The notes beneath the pieces are model-generated. The model was not told the origin of the DNA. It made no database searches and saw only the letters and a program-made list of their open reading frames with translations. A stretch of 64,000 nucleotides of DNA from Octopus sinensis (lineage: Eukaryota): contig NC_042998.1 of assembly GCF_006345805.1 (NCBI RefSeq), positions 43,276,001 through 43,340,000 of the forward strand, given 5' to 3'. The translations under genes were made by a program, and so were the position numbers. Positions 63,713 to 64,000 of the stretch are shown in pieces. How positions within the stretch are numbered: the stretch's first letter is position 1; the number at the start of each line of letters is the position of its first letter.

Positions 63713-64000
63713 GACTCTACATACATACATACATACATACATACATACATACATACATACATACATACATACATGCATACATACATACATACATACATAC
63801 ATACATACATACATACATACATACATGTATGTATATATGACTATCTTTGTCAGTACATAATAGAGTTTTATTGAGATAATTTTCTATTCAAACTTTATGG
63901 AAATATAAAACAGTAATCCAGAAATACTGAGTTTCTTCCCTCTTGTAAGATTTATTCTCTTTCTAGTTTATTTCTTCGTTTAAAGAGGCAATTTATCAAT

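Overview
AT-rich eukaryotic genomic DNA packed with microsatellites and short repeats. The repeat families and gene content suggest a coleoid cephalopod such as Octopus (inference, not verified). Two protein-coding genes are supported. The first is an innexin whose coding region lies in essentially one exon (+, about 12769-13975). The second is a spliced astacin (M12A) zinc metalloprotease rebuilt by hand from nine phase-compatible exons (+, 46052-62229, continuing past the window). It has a signal peptide, a very short propeptide, the HExxHxxGxxH and Met-turn motifs, an EGF-like module and the start of an apextrin-type (ApeC-like) domain. The rest is mostly mobile DNA: Tc1/mariner relics and MITEs, non-autonomous Helitrons, at least four tRNA-derived SINE types, RTE, Tx1-like and RLE-type LINE fragments, and many Penelope-like element (PLE) relics. 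Unannotated signals worth follow-up include a set of minimal hammerhead-ribozyme motifs, one of them fused to a tRNA-like head in a SINE-like unit. There are also several long fold-back palindromes, one split exactly by a Helitron. Most ORFs in the supplied track are microsatellite artefacts.
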